Below, piece by piece: positions 1-10,084 of a stretch of 64,000 nt of DNA (position 1 is its first letter; the number at the start of each line of letters is the position of its first letter). Source of the stretch: Actinomycetota bacterium (lineage in GTDB: Bacteria; Actinomycetota; Aquicultoria; Subteraquimicrobiales; Subteraquimicrobiaceae); the NCBI GenBank assembly GCA_030018275.1, contig JASEGB010000001.1, positions 4,380-68,379 on the forward strand, given 5' to 3'. A model generated the notes under the pieces. The model did not search any database and was not told the DNA's origin. It saw only the letters and a program-made list of their open reading frames with translations. Position numbers and translations under genes: made by a program.

Positions 1-132
1 TATTAATTAGAAAAGCTTGTGAGCTTTAAGAGGGACCCTGGGAGTGAGGATTTGCCCCTCCCTTGCTCTCGGGGTCCTAAAAATGAACAATTTCTGATAA
101 TCACTAAATACTTATTTGGTCAGGAGGCTTCC

Positions 133-672
133 ATGAGCGAAGGCGAACTTGCTAGCATTGTTAAGGTGTCACATATGACTATCAATAGGTTGATGAAAGA
201 ACTCCGGGCTTTGAATTTAGTCACTATGGAGCGGATAGGAAATGCAAATGTATGGGCAGTAAATAGGGAAAGTTATGCTTATCAGGTACTTTCTGAAATA
301 GTAAAAAAGATTGCTGAGACTCCTCTCGAACATCTAAAGAAGACCATACTTAAAAATATTCCCAAGACGCTAGTAAAGGAAGTTATCCTCTTTGGATCCA
401 TTGCATCGGGAGGAGAGGAGATAAGCAGTGATATCGACTTATTTATTTTAGTGAAATCCAAACAAGATAAAACCAAACTAGAGCCTTTTATCGACAAACT
501 TTCTAACCAATGTCTCATACTTTACGGTAACAGATTAGCGCCGTATATCCTAACCGAACTTGAATTGAAAAAGAAGGAGAATTTACCTCTAATATCGGAG
601 GTCAGAAAGGGCATTCAAATCTATTCATCAAAAGGGGCATCTGTTGGCAAAGCTAAAGACGAGACGCATTGA
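133..672 (+). CDS. Nucleotidyltransferase (Pol-beta superfamily, MNT-like) with N-terminal winged-helix/HTH domain; start placed at the ATG preceded by AGGAGG
   Basis: GSxxxGxxxxxSDxDL motif (LFGSIASGGEEISSDIDLFILV). N-terminal HTH-like segment. Strong RBS caggaggcttccATG at 133. The track ORF begins at 19, but there is no RBS there. Confidence 0.5.
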   Translation: MSEGELASIVKVSHMTINRLMKELRALNLVTMERIGNANVWAVNRESYAYQVLSEIVKKIAETPLEHLKKTILKNIPKTLVKEVILFGSIASGGEEISSDIDLFILVKSKQDKTKLEPFIDKLSNQCLILYGNRLAPYILTELELKKKENLPLISEVRKGIQIYSSKGASVGKAKDETH

Positions 673-755
673 GAGAAGTTTATACGTAAACTATCTTAAG
701 AGAGCCGAAGAATGCCTAACCGCCTCAAAAGCGCCCTCTTTTAGCTGCGATTCTT

Positions 756-830
756 TGGAGCCGGCGACCCGATTCGAACGGGTGACCTGCTGATTACAAA
801 TCAGCTGCTCTCCCACTGAGCTACGCCGGC
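756..830 (-). tRNA. tRNA-Thr (anticodon TGT)
   Basis: Reverse complement folds as a cloverleaf. Acceptor gccggcg/cgccggc; anticodon stem gctga/tcagc with loop tttgtaa (U33, TGT, A37); T-loop ggttcgaatcc. The 3' CCA appears to be encoded. Confidence 0.8.
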
Positions 831-931
831 AATTATTCTAAGTTTAGCATAAAGGCAAATCTTTGACCAAGTAAAGCCTTTTACCAAGTAAAGCGTTACT
901 TGGTAATTCCGCTAACTCCCTAGTTCAATTC

Positions 932-1120
932 TTAACTTACTTTCTTAAGACTCCACTTGCCTCGCTCTTGCTTCTCAAAGCGAGGATTCTTGCGGTAACC
1001 ATCAGAACACAGAACTCCCCAAACCAAATGGTTCAAGGCTTTCCCATCCTTGCTAGGATAATCAGATTTAAGAGCCTCTACAAGCTCTTTTGCTGTGACC
1101 GGATGAGCCGCTTCCTGCAT
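932..1120 (-). CDS. Small HARE-HTH-like DNA-binding protein (hypothetical)
   Basis: 62 aa ORF. Pattern TAKELVEALKSDYP...GKWSLKK resembles HARE-HTH/winged-helix modules. A LexA-type box lies about 170 nt upstream. Confidence 0.3.
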   Translation of the reverse strand: MQEAAHPVTAKELVEALKSDYPSKDGKALNHLVWGVLCSDGYRKNPRFEKQERGKWSLKKVS

Positions 1121-1289
1121 GATTTTCTGAATCTTATCGCCATGCTTTCCCTCTTCTGAAAGCGGGCTTTCTTCTTCTTAGTCTGTTTGGTCGCCATCTT
1201 TGCACCTATACCAAGATTCTATATGTAGTAGATCATCCACATTCTAACACAATACGTGGTGCCTTTCAAATACCAGTATCAGTTTATTA

Positions 1290-1303
1290 CGAACACATGT
1301 TCG
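1290..1303. promoter_or_regulatory. Cheo box (Gram-positive LexA operator) CGAACACATGTTCG
   Basis: Perfect match to the CGAAC-N4-GTTCG consensus, in the intergenic region upstream of the minus-strand small ORF(s). Confidence 0.45.
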
Positions 1304-1459
1304 TTTCAATGATAAAATTGCTTTATTGGTTGCCAAAAATGAAAGCAAAGAAGCGAGGTCAGAGGAGAAATCCTCTCTTTGCTATTAAAATGGCCTGCTG
1401 CTACTTGACTTATCTTAAGGCAAACCCTAAAACTAGACGGTTGGTCAATTTGGTGCAAC

Positions 1460-1888
1460 CTAGAGCAATTTATCCACGGGCGAGAACTTAGAATGGGCTT
1501 CCTTTAGGTTTCTTCCCACCATGTAAACATAAATCATTGTGCTCTCTAAATTCCGATGACCCAATAAGCTCTGTAGTGAAAATAAGTCTCTGGCCACGAT
1601 TAAGTGGATGTTTCTCTCTTTGAGCCTTTCTCCATCCTTAGTGATGAATAAAGCTTCCTTATTTACCACCTGCAAAAGAGCTTTAACTTGATGGTCTTCA
1701 AGCACATAGGGAAACTGTAAGGGCAGTCTCGGTTTTCTCATGTAATCGATGGGATTTCTTTTGATGATGTTTAAGAGAAAATAATCTTTTATCTTTGTTG
1801 AATCTACCTCTTCTATTGGGGTATCCTTTGAGTCAATGCCTTGACTCGAAGTTTGTTTCAGGAATTCTTGGAAGGAAGAGATAACATA
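1460..1888 (-). pseudogene. Tyrosine recombinase/integrase C-terminal fragment (N-terminus missing)
   Basis: Contains ...LLGHRNLESTMIYVYMV, matching the integrase C-terminal LGHxxxxxTxxYxH motif region. The open frame runs back to 1888 with no plausible start, and the total is too short for an integrase. Confidence 0.5.
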
Positions 1889-1894
1889 GTAACT

Positions 1895-2548
1895 TTACAT
1901 TATTTTGCGTCTTAAATGTAGTTCTACTTTCCGCTTCACACGCTGTAGGGCATTATCGATGGATTTTACGTGTCTATCGAGTTCCTCAGCGATTTCCTGA
2001 TAGGATTTCCCATCAATATATAATCTCAAGACTTCCGCTTCGAGGCCACTTAATATCTCACCGAAGCTAGAACGGATACTTTTGAGTTCTTCGCCGCTGA
2101 TCACCAATTCCACGGGGTCGGTTACTTCGGAGCCAGAGAGGGTTTCCACCAAAGTTCGATCCGATTCATCCTCGTAATACATGGGCTTATTTAGAGAGAT
2201 GTATGAATTCAATGGGATGTGCTTCTGTCTTGTGGCCGTTTTAATGGCCGTAATCATTTGGCGGGTGATACAAAGTTCAGCGAAGGCTCTAAAGGAGGAC
2301 TGCTTATCGGGACGGAAATCTCTTATGGCTTTGTATAATCCAATCATGCCTTCTTGAATTAAATCTTCTTTGTCTGCGCCTATGAGGAAATAGGACCTTG
2401 CCTTTATCCGAACGAAGTTTTTGTATTTATCGAGTAGAAATTCGAGTGCCGAATCATTTCCCTCTCTAGCAGATATAACGAGTTCATAATCATCTAAGCC
2501 CTGAAAAACCGAAGAATCACGCTTATGATGTCCCGGATGGGCTTGCAA
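1895..2548 (-). CDS. sigH: RNA polymerase sporulation/stationary-phase sigma factor SigH
   Basis: Near-collinear with B. subtilis SigH (ARSYFLIGADKEDLIQEGMIGLYKAIRDF...SYQEIAEELDRHVKSIDNALQRVKRK). Confidence 0.9.
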   Translation of the reverse strand: MQAHPGHHKRDSSVFQGLDDYELVISAREGNDSALEFLLDKYKNFVRIKARSYFLIGADKEDLIQEGMIGLYKAIRDFRPDKQSSFRAFAELCITRQMITAIKTATRQKHIPLNSYISLNKPMYYEDESDRTLVETLSGSEVTDPVELVISGEELKSIRSSFGEILSGLEAEVLRLYIDGKSYQEIAEELDRHVKSIDNALQRVKRKVELHLRRKIM

Positions 2549-2762
2549 TTACATCGCCTCCAAGGAAGGTTAATCCAAACAGATGTGGGACCCCCTTTCC
2601 ATGAATTTGCAAAAAAGAAATCTAAACCGATTATATATTAGGTGCTTAACAGCGTCAAGGAAACCTGGTCTTCCGCTAACTAGCCACTCTCAAATAGATT
2701 CCTGGAGAGTTGACGCGTCTACTAGTCTACTAATTTATATACCCAATTGCTTCACAAAGATG

Positions 2763-2877
2763 TCATTTATGGCTCATTCTTTGTCTTCTGGCCTCGTACA
2801 TCAAAAGAGCCCCGGCTACGGCGACATTGAGGGAGGAAATTTTCCCATACATTGGAATACTCACAAAACGGGATTTC
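2763..2877 (-). pseudogene. Relic of the 23S rRNA 2'-O-methyltransferase rlmB/yacO (C-terminal approximately 38 codons only)
   Basis: Minus-strand frame reads ...SIPMYGKISSLNVAVAGALLMYEARRQR*, the SpoU/TrmH C-terminal motif. It is preceded by an in-frame stop. It sits at the position of yacO in the Firmicutes cysS-mrnC-yacO-yacP-sigH synteny. Confidence 0.4.
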
Positions 2878-2882
2878 TTCCC

Positions 2883-4499
2883 TCAACGACTTCGCTCATA
2901 TATATCGATCACTCTCTGAAAGCTGAACTTCCATTTATATCCCTTGGGCGTGTCCACGTCGCGTACCTCTATGCCCATTCCATTTAACCTCTCTCGAATG
3001 TTATCCGCGGTCTTCCAATCCTTTCTCTCTCGAGCTCGCTTTCGCACATCCAAAATTGTGTTGAGGATTTTGGTGAAATCCTCCTTCAATCCTGCCCTGG
3101 TTTCTTTCGTATCGGGCCCTTGGGATAGTTCGAAGTAGAGATCAAGGAGGTCGTTTAGCATCATCTCCGGGAGCAACTTAAGCAACTCTTGAATCCTGGG
3201 AAGTTTAATATTCGATTCCTGGACGATGGATAAACCAAATTCCAATCCCAATACCTCTCCGAGCTCGATGAAGATTTTTCTGATTTCGATCAGCAAATCC
3301 CTTGCTTCGACGCTGGGATTGGCTTTGAAATTCTGCAGCAAGATATGGGCGTCTTTTGCCAGTTCGAATAAGATAGCCAACGCCGCGGCGGTGTTAGAAT
3401 CGTCGTCCATTGCCTCCTCGAATTTTGCCCTGGTCTCGGAAACAATTCGAGATACATCTTCGCCGGTCTTTATTTGCGATGTCGATGAGACCGAGCACAT
3501 CTCAAGGGCATCGTCGATATCCCCGAGGAGATTCTCTAACCTCTCAAAGGCCTCGGTGGACTCGGAAAGCCGATCGAAGGTAAAATCGATTGGGCTCCTA
3601 TAATGGTGCTCAAGAAAAAGCAGACGTAGTGCATTGGGATTGTATTTCCTTTCCAAAATTTCCCTTACCAGTATCACATTGCCCAAGGACTTGGCCATCT
3701 TCTCCTTTTCGATGCTTAAAAATCCATTATGCAACCAATGTCTCACAAAGGGTTTTGTACCCGCATAGGCTTCGGATTGAGCGATTTCATTCTCGTGGTG
3801 AGGGAAGATTAAATCCTGACCTCCCGCGTGGATATCGAAGCCCATGCCCAGATATTTGAGGGACATGGCTGAGCACTCGATGTGCCAACCGGGTCTCCCA
3901 TCTCCCCACGGACTGGGCCAGGAAGGTTCACCGGGCTTAGCCTTTTTCCAGAGAGCGAAATCCATGGGATGACGTTTGCGTGGATCGATTTCAACCCGTT
4001 CCCCAGCTCTCATCTCCTCCAGAGTGCGGTGAGAAAGCTTCCCGTAATCTTCAAATTTGGTGACTTCAAAGAAGACATCTCCATCAACGACATAGGCGTA
4101 TCCCTTTTGTATGAGCTTTTCGATCATCTCCAGCATCTCCGGTATATGCTCGGTGGCTTTGGGTTGAACATCTATCGGCTCCACACCCAGACTCTCCATG
4201 TCATCGAGATAAGCCCGTGTATACTTCCTTGATATCTCCTCGGCGGTGGTATTCTCCTCCCGGGCCTTGTTGATGATTTTATCATCAATATCGGTGATAT
4301 TCTGGACGTAAATGACCTCGTATCCCTTATGCCTCAAATACCTTCTTATCACATCGAAGGCTACATAGCAGCGCGCATTTCCGATGTGGATGTAGTTATA
4401 AACCGTGGGTCCGCAGACGTACATCCCAATTTTGCCCTCTTCACGAGGGACAAGCTCTTCCTTTTTACCGGTCAAGGTATTATAAACCCTCAGGCTCAT
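2883..4499 (-). CDS. cysS: Cysteine--tRNA ligase (with C-terminal extension)
   Basis: HIGH-like ([18 protein letters not shown]) and KMSKS (KMAKSLGN) motifs, and a zinc-binding Cys. At 538 aa it is longer than typical. Confidence 0.9.
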   Translation of the reverse strand: MSLRVYNTLTGKKEELVPREEGKIGMYVCGPTVYNYIHIGNARCYVAFDVIRRYLRHKGYEVIYVQNITDIDDKIINKAREENTTAEEISRKYTRAYLDDMESLGVEPIDVQPKATEHIPEMLEMIEKLIQKGYAYVVDGDVFFEVTKFEDYGKLSHRTLEEMRAGERVEIDPRKRHPMDFALWKKAKPGEPSWPSPWGDGRPGWHIECSAMSLKYLGMGFDIHAGGQDLIFPHHENEIAQSEAYAGTKPFVRHWLHNGFLSIEKEKMAKSLGNVILVREILERKYNPNALRLLFLEHHYRSPIDFTFDRLSESTEAFERLENLLGDIDDALEMCSVSSTSQIKTGEDVSRIVSETRAKFEEAMDDDSNTAAALAILFELAKDAHILLQNFKANPSVEARDLLIEIRKIFIELGEVLGLEFGLSIVQESNIKLPRIQELLKLLPEMMLNDLLDLYFELSQGPDTKETRAGLKEDFTKILNTILDVRKRARERKDWKTADNIRERLNGMGIEVRDVDTPKGYKWKFSFQRVIDIYERSR

Positions 4500-5151
4500 C
4501 CTTCCTTGCCTCTTCGATTTTGTGTTCTAGTCTATCCAGACGACGGTGAATGGCATTAAACATCTCCGCCACGGGATCTGGGAGCCTTTCATGGTGTAGA
4601 TCGATGGTGGGAACCTTCTTCCCCTCCCGAACGACTATGCGACCGGGAACGCCTACCACGGTGCAGTTTGGAGGGACTGGATGGATCACCACAGCTCCCG
4701 CTCCCACAATAGAATTATCTCCCACATTTACGGCACCCAGAACGGTTGCACCGGCGGCGATGACCACGTTATCACCTATGGTGGGGTGACGCTTCCCTCT
4801 TTCCTTTCCGGTTCCCCCCAAAGTTACACCTTGATAAAGGGTGACATTATCTCCAATCTCGGTGGTCTCTCCTATGACCACTCCCATGCCATGGTCTATG
4901 AAAAATCCTCGCCCAATCTGCGCCCCGGGGTGAATTTCAATGGCCGTTAAAAAACGACTTATGTGGGAGAGTAGGCGAGCGAGCAATCTTAGTCTCCTCC
5001 TATGTAACCAATGGGCTATGCGGTGAAAACAAATGGCATGAAACCCCGGATAAGCCAGGATAACCTCAAGGGCGCTCGTGGCGGCGGGGTCTCTATCAAG
5101 AGCCGCCTGAACATCCCCTTTTAAAGCATCAAACATCGTACACCCCCGCAC
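4480..5151 (-). CDS. cysE: Serine O-acetyltransferase
   Basis: Left-handed beta-helix hexapeptide repeats and the SAT N-terminal helical domain. Overlaps cysS, as expected for an operon. Confidence 0.85.
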   Translation of the reverse strand: MRGCTMFDALKGDVQAALDRDPAATSALEVILAYPGFHAICFHRIAHWLHRRRLRLLARLLSHISRFLTAIEIHPGAQIGRGFFIDHGMGVVIGETTEIGDNVTLYQGVTLGGTGKERGKRHPTIGDNVVIAAGATVLGAVNVGDNSIVGAGAVVIHPVPPNCTVVGVPGRIVVREGKKVPTIDLHHERLPDPVAEMFNAIHRRLDRLEHKIEEARKDEPEGL

Positions 5152-5697
5152 TTAAATTTGTTCCACCAGGGCCACGGCATAAGCGGCGATTCCTTCCCTG
5201 CGCCCGGTAAAGCCCAAACCTTCGGTGGTGGTGGCTTTGACGTTTACCCGATCCCTCTCTATATCCAAAGTATGAGCGATCTTTCCCTTCATCTCATCGC
5301 GAAAGGGAGCAATTTTTGGCTCCTCGAGGGCCACGACCACATCTAAATTAACCACTTTGTACCTTCGTTCGGTCAAGATTTTTTTGACCTCAGAGAGCAG
5401 AGTGAGGCTGGAGATATCCCTATACCTCTCCTCCGTATCCGGGAAATGTAGTCCCATATCTCCCTCGGAGATGGCTCCCAAGATGGCATCGATGATTGCA
5501 TGGATAACAACATCGGCATCGGAATATCCTTCGAGTCCCAAGGGAAAGGGGATGTGCACCCCTCCCAAAACTAAGGGGCGGTTAGAGGTAAATTTATGAG
5601 CATCAAAGCCAATACCAACCCTCACTTTTGAAGGGGAAAGGGATGAGTCTAGAGTCAAGATCGATTTCTCCCTCCAGACTTCTCCCTTATCCCTCAC
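5152..5697 (-). CDS. ispF: 2-C-methyl-D-erythritol 2,4-cyclodiphosphate synthase
   Basis: GIGFDAHKF...SDADVVIHAIIDAILGA motifs. ATGA overlap with the ispD stop. N-terminal approximately 25 aa are uncertain. Confidence 0.85.
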   Translation of the reverse strand: MRDKGEVWREKSILTLDSSLSPSKVRVGIGFDAHKFTSNRPLVLGGVHIPFPLGLEGYSDADVVIHAIIDAILGAISEGDMGLHFPDTEERYRDISSLTLLSEVKKILTERRYKVVNLDVVVALEEPKIAPFRDEMKGKIAHTLDIERDRVNVKATTTEGLGFTGRREGIAAYAVALVEQI

Positions 5698-6419
5698 CCC
5701 TCACTTTCATTTTGTCTTTTCCTCAGGATAGCTTCGGCTATCAGTAAATCTTCGGGGGTTGTTATTTTAATATTTTCGTAAGAACCCATGATCATTCTAA
5801 TGCGGTACCCCATTCTCTCGAGGAGAATTGCATCATCAGTACCGTAAAAATTATCGGACTTCGCCTGTTTGTGGGCTTCGAATAGCGACTTTAATTTAAA
5901 AACCTGAGGAGTTTGAGCACACCAAAGTTTCGCTCGGGGACGAGTTCGGGCTATCCTTTCATCCTGCACCTCTTTGATGGTATCCGTAGCGGGGACTCCG
6001 ACCACCACACCATCCCAACCCTTTAACGCGGAAATTGCCTTCTCTATGATTTGAGGGGTTACAAGGGGGCGCGCTCCATCATGGATCATCACCGTTGTGG
6101 TTCCTTTAGGCAGGGCTTGAAGACCATTGTACACGGAGTCCTGTCTTTTGGGTCCCCCAGCAACCACCTCTAATACCTTGGAGAGACCGTATTTTTCTAT
6201 GATTTCGTCCCGACAAAATTCTATGTCCTCGGGATTTGCCACCACTATGACCTGATGTATGGGGGTACAATCTTCAAAGACCTGGAGGGTATGGGCTAAA
6301 ATTGGCTTGCCACCCAGGAGAATATATTGTTTACCACCCCCAAGTCCCATCCTCTCCCCCCTCCCCGCAGCGGCGATCACGGCAACATTTATGACCTTAA
6401 GCACTGGTGGCCTCCACAT
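5694..6419 (-). CDS. ispD: 2-C-methyl-D-erythritol 4-phosphate cytidylyltransferase
   Basis: IAAAGRGERMG...KQYILLGGKPIL signature of IspD. Confidence 0.85.
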   Translation of the reverse strand: MWRPPVLKVINVAVIAAAGRGERMGLGGGKQYILLGGKPILAHTLQVFEDCTPIHQVIVVANPEDIEFCRDEIIEKYGLSKVLEVVAGGPKRQDSVYNGLQALPKGTTTVMIHDGARPLVTPQIIEKAISALKGWDGVVVGVPATDTIKEVQDERIARTRPRAKLWCAQTPQVFKLKSLFEAHKQAKSDNFYGTDDAILLERMGYRIRMIMGSYENIKITTPEDLLIAEAILRKRQNESEG

Positions 6420-7473
6420 CTTTGAGCTTGGTGAAGATCATCCTCCCCGCCGGAGTTTGAAGGACACTCGTCACCAAAACCTCGACATCCTCGCCAACGA
6501 ACTTCTTCCCTCCATCCACTACGACCATGGTTCCATCATCCAGGTACCCAACGCCCTGTCCGGCTTCCTTCCCTTCCCTTAAAATACGCACGCTCATTTC
6601 TTCACCCGGTAAGACCACTGGTTTAAGGGCATTTGCAAGTTCATTGATGTTAAGGACCCTTACCCCTTGTAATTCAGCGACTTTATTTAAATTGTAATCG
6701 TTGGTGAGGATTACACCATCCAATTCCTTGGCAAGACGAACCAACCTGGCATCGACATCTAAAAGTTCTGGGTAGTCCTGCTCCAAAATGTGGATTTCCA
6801 CTCTTGGCTCCCGCTGAAGTGCACCTAAAATATCAAGTCCCCTACGTCCCCGATTTCTCTTGAGGCTATCTTCAGAATCAGCAATCTTCTGTAGCTCCTT
6901 CAATATGAAGCGAGGCACATTTAGCCGCCCCTCAATGAAACCGGTCCCACAAATATCGGCAATCCGTCCATCGATGATGACGCTGGTATCCAAGATCTTT
7001 TCTTCGGGGAAATATGTTGCCTTTGGTATCTTAACCTGGGAAAAGATCCGAAGCGCTCCTCGAAAATCCTCCTTTTTGCGGAGTGAGAGGCGTATCCCCA
7101 AATAGCCCAAGACGACGAAGACCAGAACGGTTAAGAAGATGTGCAATAATTTCAGTTCCGATGGGAGATACTTCAAAGGCCATGAAATTAGGGTTGCCAG
7201 AACCAGCCCAACTATTAAACCTAATGCACCGATTATCAGATCCAAACTGGGAATCTTCTGGACATTGGCTTCAATCCAATTTATCGCTTTAACCAGCCAT
7301 CTGCCAGCGATTCCACCCAAAACATATCCGATCCCAGAACCAATTATTATGTATGATATGATTCCGATGAGCTCGGGGATGGGTACCTTGATCACATTCA
7401 CCAACTGATAACCAGCAATAGCTCCTGTGATGATGAAAAGGATACGAATGATGCGAATGAGCATCGTCAACAA
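6397..7473 (-). CDS. yacL: PIN/TRAM domain membrane protein (YacL-like)
   Basis: N-terminal TM helices, a PIN domain, and a C-terminal TRAM-like beta domain. Conserved position upstream of ispD. Confidence 0.7.
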   Translation of the reverse strand: MLTMLIRIIRILFIITGAIAGYQLVNVIKVPIPELIGIISYIIIGSGIGYVLGGIAGRWLVKAINWIEANVQKIPSLDLIIGALGLIVGLVLATLISWPLKYLPSELKLLHIFLTVLVFVVLGYLGIRLSLRKKEDFRGALRIFSQVKIPKATYFPEEKILDTSVIIDGRIADICGTGFIEGRLNVPRFILKELQKIADSEDSLKRNRGRRGLDILGALQREPRVEIHILEQDYPELLDVDARLVRLAKELDGVILTNDYNLNKVAELQGVRVLNINELANALKPVVLPGEEMSVRILREGKEAGQGVGYLDDGTMVVVDGGKKFVGEDVEVLVTSVLQTPAGRMIFTKLKDVEATSA

Positions 7474-7601
7474 CTCCTATCTTTTGTGAACTTGAATGAG
7501 CGATCAAATTGTCCTCCTTGAAAAACCTTCCAATTTGCCCTCTGTGCAAATCTTAGCACAGGTAGAAGGAGAGGGTCAAAATCTCCAAAACCTTGGTTTC
7601 C

Positions 7602-7631
7602 TTGACAAGCAAATTACATAAAAATTATAAT
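7602..7631 (+). promoter_or_regulatory. Sigma-A-type promoter (TTGACA-N17/18-TATAAT)
   Basis: ttgacaagcaaattacataaaaattataat, followed by the RBS aagggggagag and an ATG at 7672. Confidence 0.5.
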
Positions 7632-7671
7632 GTGGATGATTTTTAAGCGCCATAAGGGGGAGAGAAGAATA

Positions 7672-8070
7672 ATGCCACCACAAACTTCCTGTAAGAAATT
7701 TCAACGCACCGTCTCCGAGTATCTGGTAAGACACAAAAGCATTCTTGATGTAATGTCCAAATTCCAAGAAGCCAGTGCTCATGTAAACAGAGCTATGGCC
7801 AAAGCGGTCACCAACTGTGGGTGTTTAAAGATCAAAGCTGAAAAACAACCCGTCCCCCCAAATGTCAACTTCTCCGAAGTTTCAAAATATGTAAAAACAC
7901 ATATAGAAGGGAACTTGTGTCCCAATTGCCGTGAGGTAGTGGAGGCGGAGTTGGGAAACGCCATGTTCTACATCGCAGCTTTTTGTACCCTTCTCGATCT
8001 CGACCTGGAAAAGATCCTCTCAAAGGAAAACGATCGAATCTCAACGTTGGGTGTGTACAGCTTGACTTGA
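7672..8070 (+). CDS. Hypothetical Cys-containing protein (possible MazG-like helical C-terminus)
   Basis: Good promoter and RBS. CGC...CPNC cysteines. The C-terminal ELGNAMFYIAAFCTLLDLDLEKIL is reminiscent of MazG-type NTP pyrophosphohydrolase helices. Confidence 0.3.
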   Translation: MPPQTSCKKFQRTVSEYLVRHKSILDVMSKFQEASAHVNRAMAKAVTNCGCLKIKAEKQPVPPNVNFSEVSKYVKTHIEGNLCPNCREVVEAELGNAMFYIAAFCTLLDLDLEKILSKENDRISTLGVYSLT

Positions 8071-8790
8071 TTTCCCAAAAAGCCTCTTTAACCCCAACCT
8101 TATCACCAGAATTAGTGCCTCCAGGATGACCTTCCTTGAAAGTTTGGATTTTCCTTTCTGTCTGTCTACATAGGTTATGGGTATTTCCTCGATTGCAAAC
8201 CTCTTCTCATAACCTCTATTGAGAAGCTCAATTAAAAAAGCGTATCCATCTAAGGTAATCGTATCCAATTCCAGACTTTTCAGAATCTCTCGGCGATATC
8301 CTCTAAAGCCACTGGTGCAGTCCTTGAAAGGAAGTCTTAAGAGAAAGCGAGCGAATCTATTTCCCCACGTACTCAGCAATCTTCGAAAGAATCCCCAATC
8401 GGCTACGATCTTCCCACCATCCACATAGCGAGAGCCAATGACCATGGAGCAATTCTTCATTCTCCGAAGTAGCCTGGGAATATCTTTCGGGTCATGTGAA
8501 AAGTCAGCATCCATGGAAAAAATATATTTGAACTCCCGTTTCAGACCATAATTAAATCCATCCTTGCAGGCGACTCCATATCCCCTTTCCCCTCTCCGGC
8601 GAAGGACTTGCACCTGTGGAAATTTCTCGGACAAGACAAAGGCGATTTCGCCCGTACCATCGGGGGAATCGTCGTCCACAAATAAGATATTGAAATCTTC
8701 ATCAACCGCAATTATCGCCTTAACCAGCTTTTCTATATTTTCGCACTCGTTATAAGTGGGTATTACTATCAGTACCTCGGACAAGACCAT
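8041..8790 (-). CDS. Family 2 glycosyltransferase (polyprenol-phosphate mannosyl/glucosyltransferase-like)
   Basis: VIPTYNE...VDDDSPDGT...DADFSHDP motifs of dolichol-phosphate mannosyltransferase-like GT2. Confidence 0.75.
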   Translation of the reverse strand: MVLSEVLIVIPTYNECENIEKLVKAIIAVDEDFNILFVDDDSPDGTGEIAFVLSEKFPQVQVLRRRGERGYGVACKDGFNYGLKREFKYIFSMDADFSHDPKDIPRLLRRMKNCSMVIGSRYVDGGKIVADWGFFRRLLSTWGNRFARFLLRLPFKDCTSGFRGYRREILKSLELDTITLDGYAFLIELLNRGYEKRFAIEEIPITYVDRQKGKSKLSRKVILEALILVIRLGLKRLFGKSSQAVHTQR

Positions 8791-8791
8791 C

Positions 8792-10078
8792 TTACCTCAG
8801 CTTTTTTAGAGCCTCGCGGTTAGCCTCTATGGTTCTTTGGATGTCTTCATCCGTATGAGCCGTGGAGATGAAGCAGGCTTCGAACTGAGAGGGTGCAAGA
8901 TAGATGCCAGACTTAAGCATCTCTCGGAAATAGCGGGCATATTTTTCAGTATCCGAACTGGCAGCGGTCTCGAAGTTTAAAACCTCTTTATCCGTGAAGA
9001 ACATGCACAAAAGCGATCCAACCCTCGTGAAATGGGCTTTTATCCCCAATTCCCTGGCATTTTCCCGCAAGCCCTCGGAGAGCATGGCTCCCTTCCTCTC
9101 CAAGTCCTGATAAATCTGGCCATCGGAAAGTATTTTGAGCGTCATAAGTCCAGCGGTCATGGCTATGGGATTCCCGGAAAGGGTACCAGCCTGATATACC
9201 GAGCCCACGGGAGCCACACATTCCATGATTTCTCGCCTTCCACCAAAGGCACCCACCGGGAAGCCTCCCCCGATTATCTTGCCCAGACAGGTCAAATCAG
9301 GGATGACACTGTAAAGCTCTTGAGCACCGCCATAGGAAACCCTAAAGCCCGTGATTACCTCGTCAAAAATGAGAATTATCCCATATTCCCGAGTAATTTT
9401 CCTCAAACCCTCCAAGAAACCGGGTTGAGGAAGAACCACGCCCATATTACCGGCTATGGGCTCCACTATTATGCAAGCGATCTCCTCATGCTGCTCCCTG
9501 ACGATCCTCCCAACGCTTTCTAAGTCATTGTAGGATAGAACTATCGTATCCAAAGCCACCTTGGAGGTAACCCCAGGTGTACCTGGGATGGCAAGGGTGG
9601 CGACACCTGAACCAGCTTTTACCAAAAGATGGTCAACATGTCCATGGTAACAGCCTTCGAACTTGATGACCTTTTCTCGCCCCGTGTACCCCCGGGCGAG
9701 TCTTATGGCACTCATGGTCGCTTCGGTTCCCGAATTTACCATTCGAACCCGCTCGATGGAGGGAACGGCTTCTATGATTTGCTTGGCCAGTTCCACCTCG
9801 AGTTCGGTGCACGCACCAAAGCTGGTTCCATTCTCCAAAATATCTTTCACCGCCGAGATTACCTTGGGATGAGCGTGACCAAGGATGAGGGGACCCCAAG
9901 AGCAGACATAATCGATGTACTCATTTCCATCCACATCGTAGATTTTCGATCCTTTGCCCTTGGTTATGAAGAGAGGCTCCATGCCCACAGCCTTAAAGGC
10001 TCTAACGGGACTGTTTACTCCACCCGGAATATATTCTTTAGCTCGGGAAAATAACTCATGTGATTTAGACATGTCCAT
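8792..10078 (-). CDS. hemL: Glutamate-1-semialdehyde 2,1-aminomutase
   Basis: Class III aminotransferase. GSA-AM signature throughout, including the PLP lysine region. Confidence 0.9.
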   Translation of the reverse strand: MDMSKSHELFSRAKEYIPGGVNSPVRAFKAVGMEPLFITKGKGSKIYDVDGNEYIDYVCSWGPLILGHAHPKVISAVKDILENGTSFGACTELEVELAKQIIEAVPSIERVRMVNSGTEATMSAIRLARGYTGREKVIKFEGCYHGHVDHLLVKAGSGVATLAIPGTPGVTSKVALDTIVLSYNDLESVGRIVREQHEEIACIIVEPIAGNMGVVLPQPGFLEGLRKITREYGIILIFDEVITGFRVSYGGAQELYSVIPDLTCLGKIIGGGFPVGAFGGRREIMECVAPVGSVYQAGTLSGNPIAMTAGLMTLKILSDGQIYQDLERKGAMLSEGLRENARELGIKAHFTRVGSLLCMFFTDKEVLNFETAASSDTEKYARYFREMLKSGIYLAPSQFEACFISTAHTDEDIQRTIEANREALKKLR

Positions 10079-10084
10079 GTTCTT

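Noticed and set aside
968-1491. Plus-strand ORFs 968..1159 and 1297..1491, and the basic minus-strand peptide MATKQTKKKK...
   Set aside because: They overlap the HARE-HTH-like ORF or lie in the LexA-box intergenic region. They have low-complexity basic composition and no RBS. The basic peptide frame may reflect a frameshift of the HTH gene, but that cannot be resolved by eye.
2583-2987. 134-aa plus-strand ORF between sigH and cysS
   Set aside because: It runs antisense into the cysS 3' end. There is no RBS, and the region is better explained by the rlmB relic on the minus strand.
3226-4232. Several plus-strand ORFs (3226..3603, 3590..3859, 3882..4232) inside cysS
   Set aside because: They are antisense to a well-supported CysRS gene. 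The Ser/Pro/Arg-rich composition is typical of antisense frames.
4499-5160. T-box leader expected upstream of cysE-cysS in Firmicutes
   Set aside because: cysE directly abuts ispF (1-nt spacing), so there is no leader.
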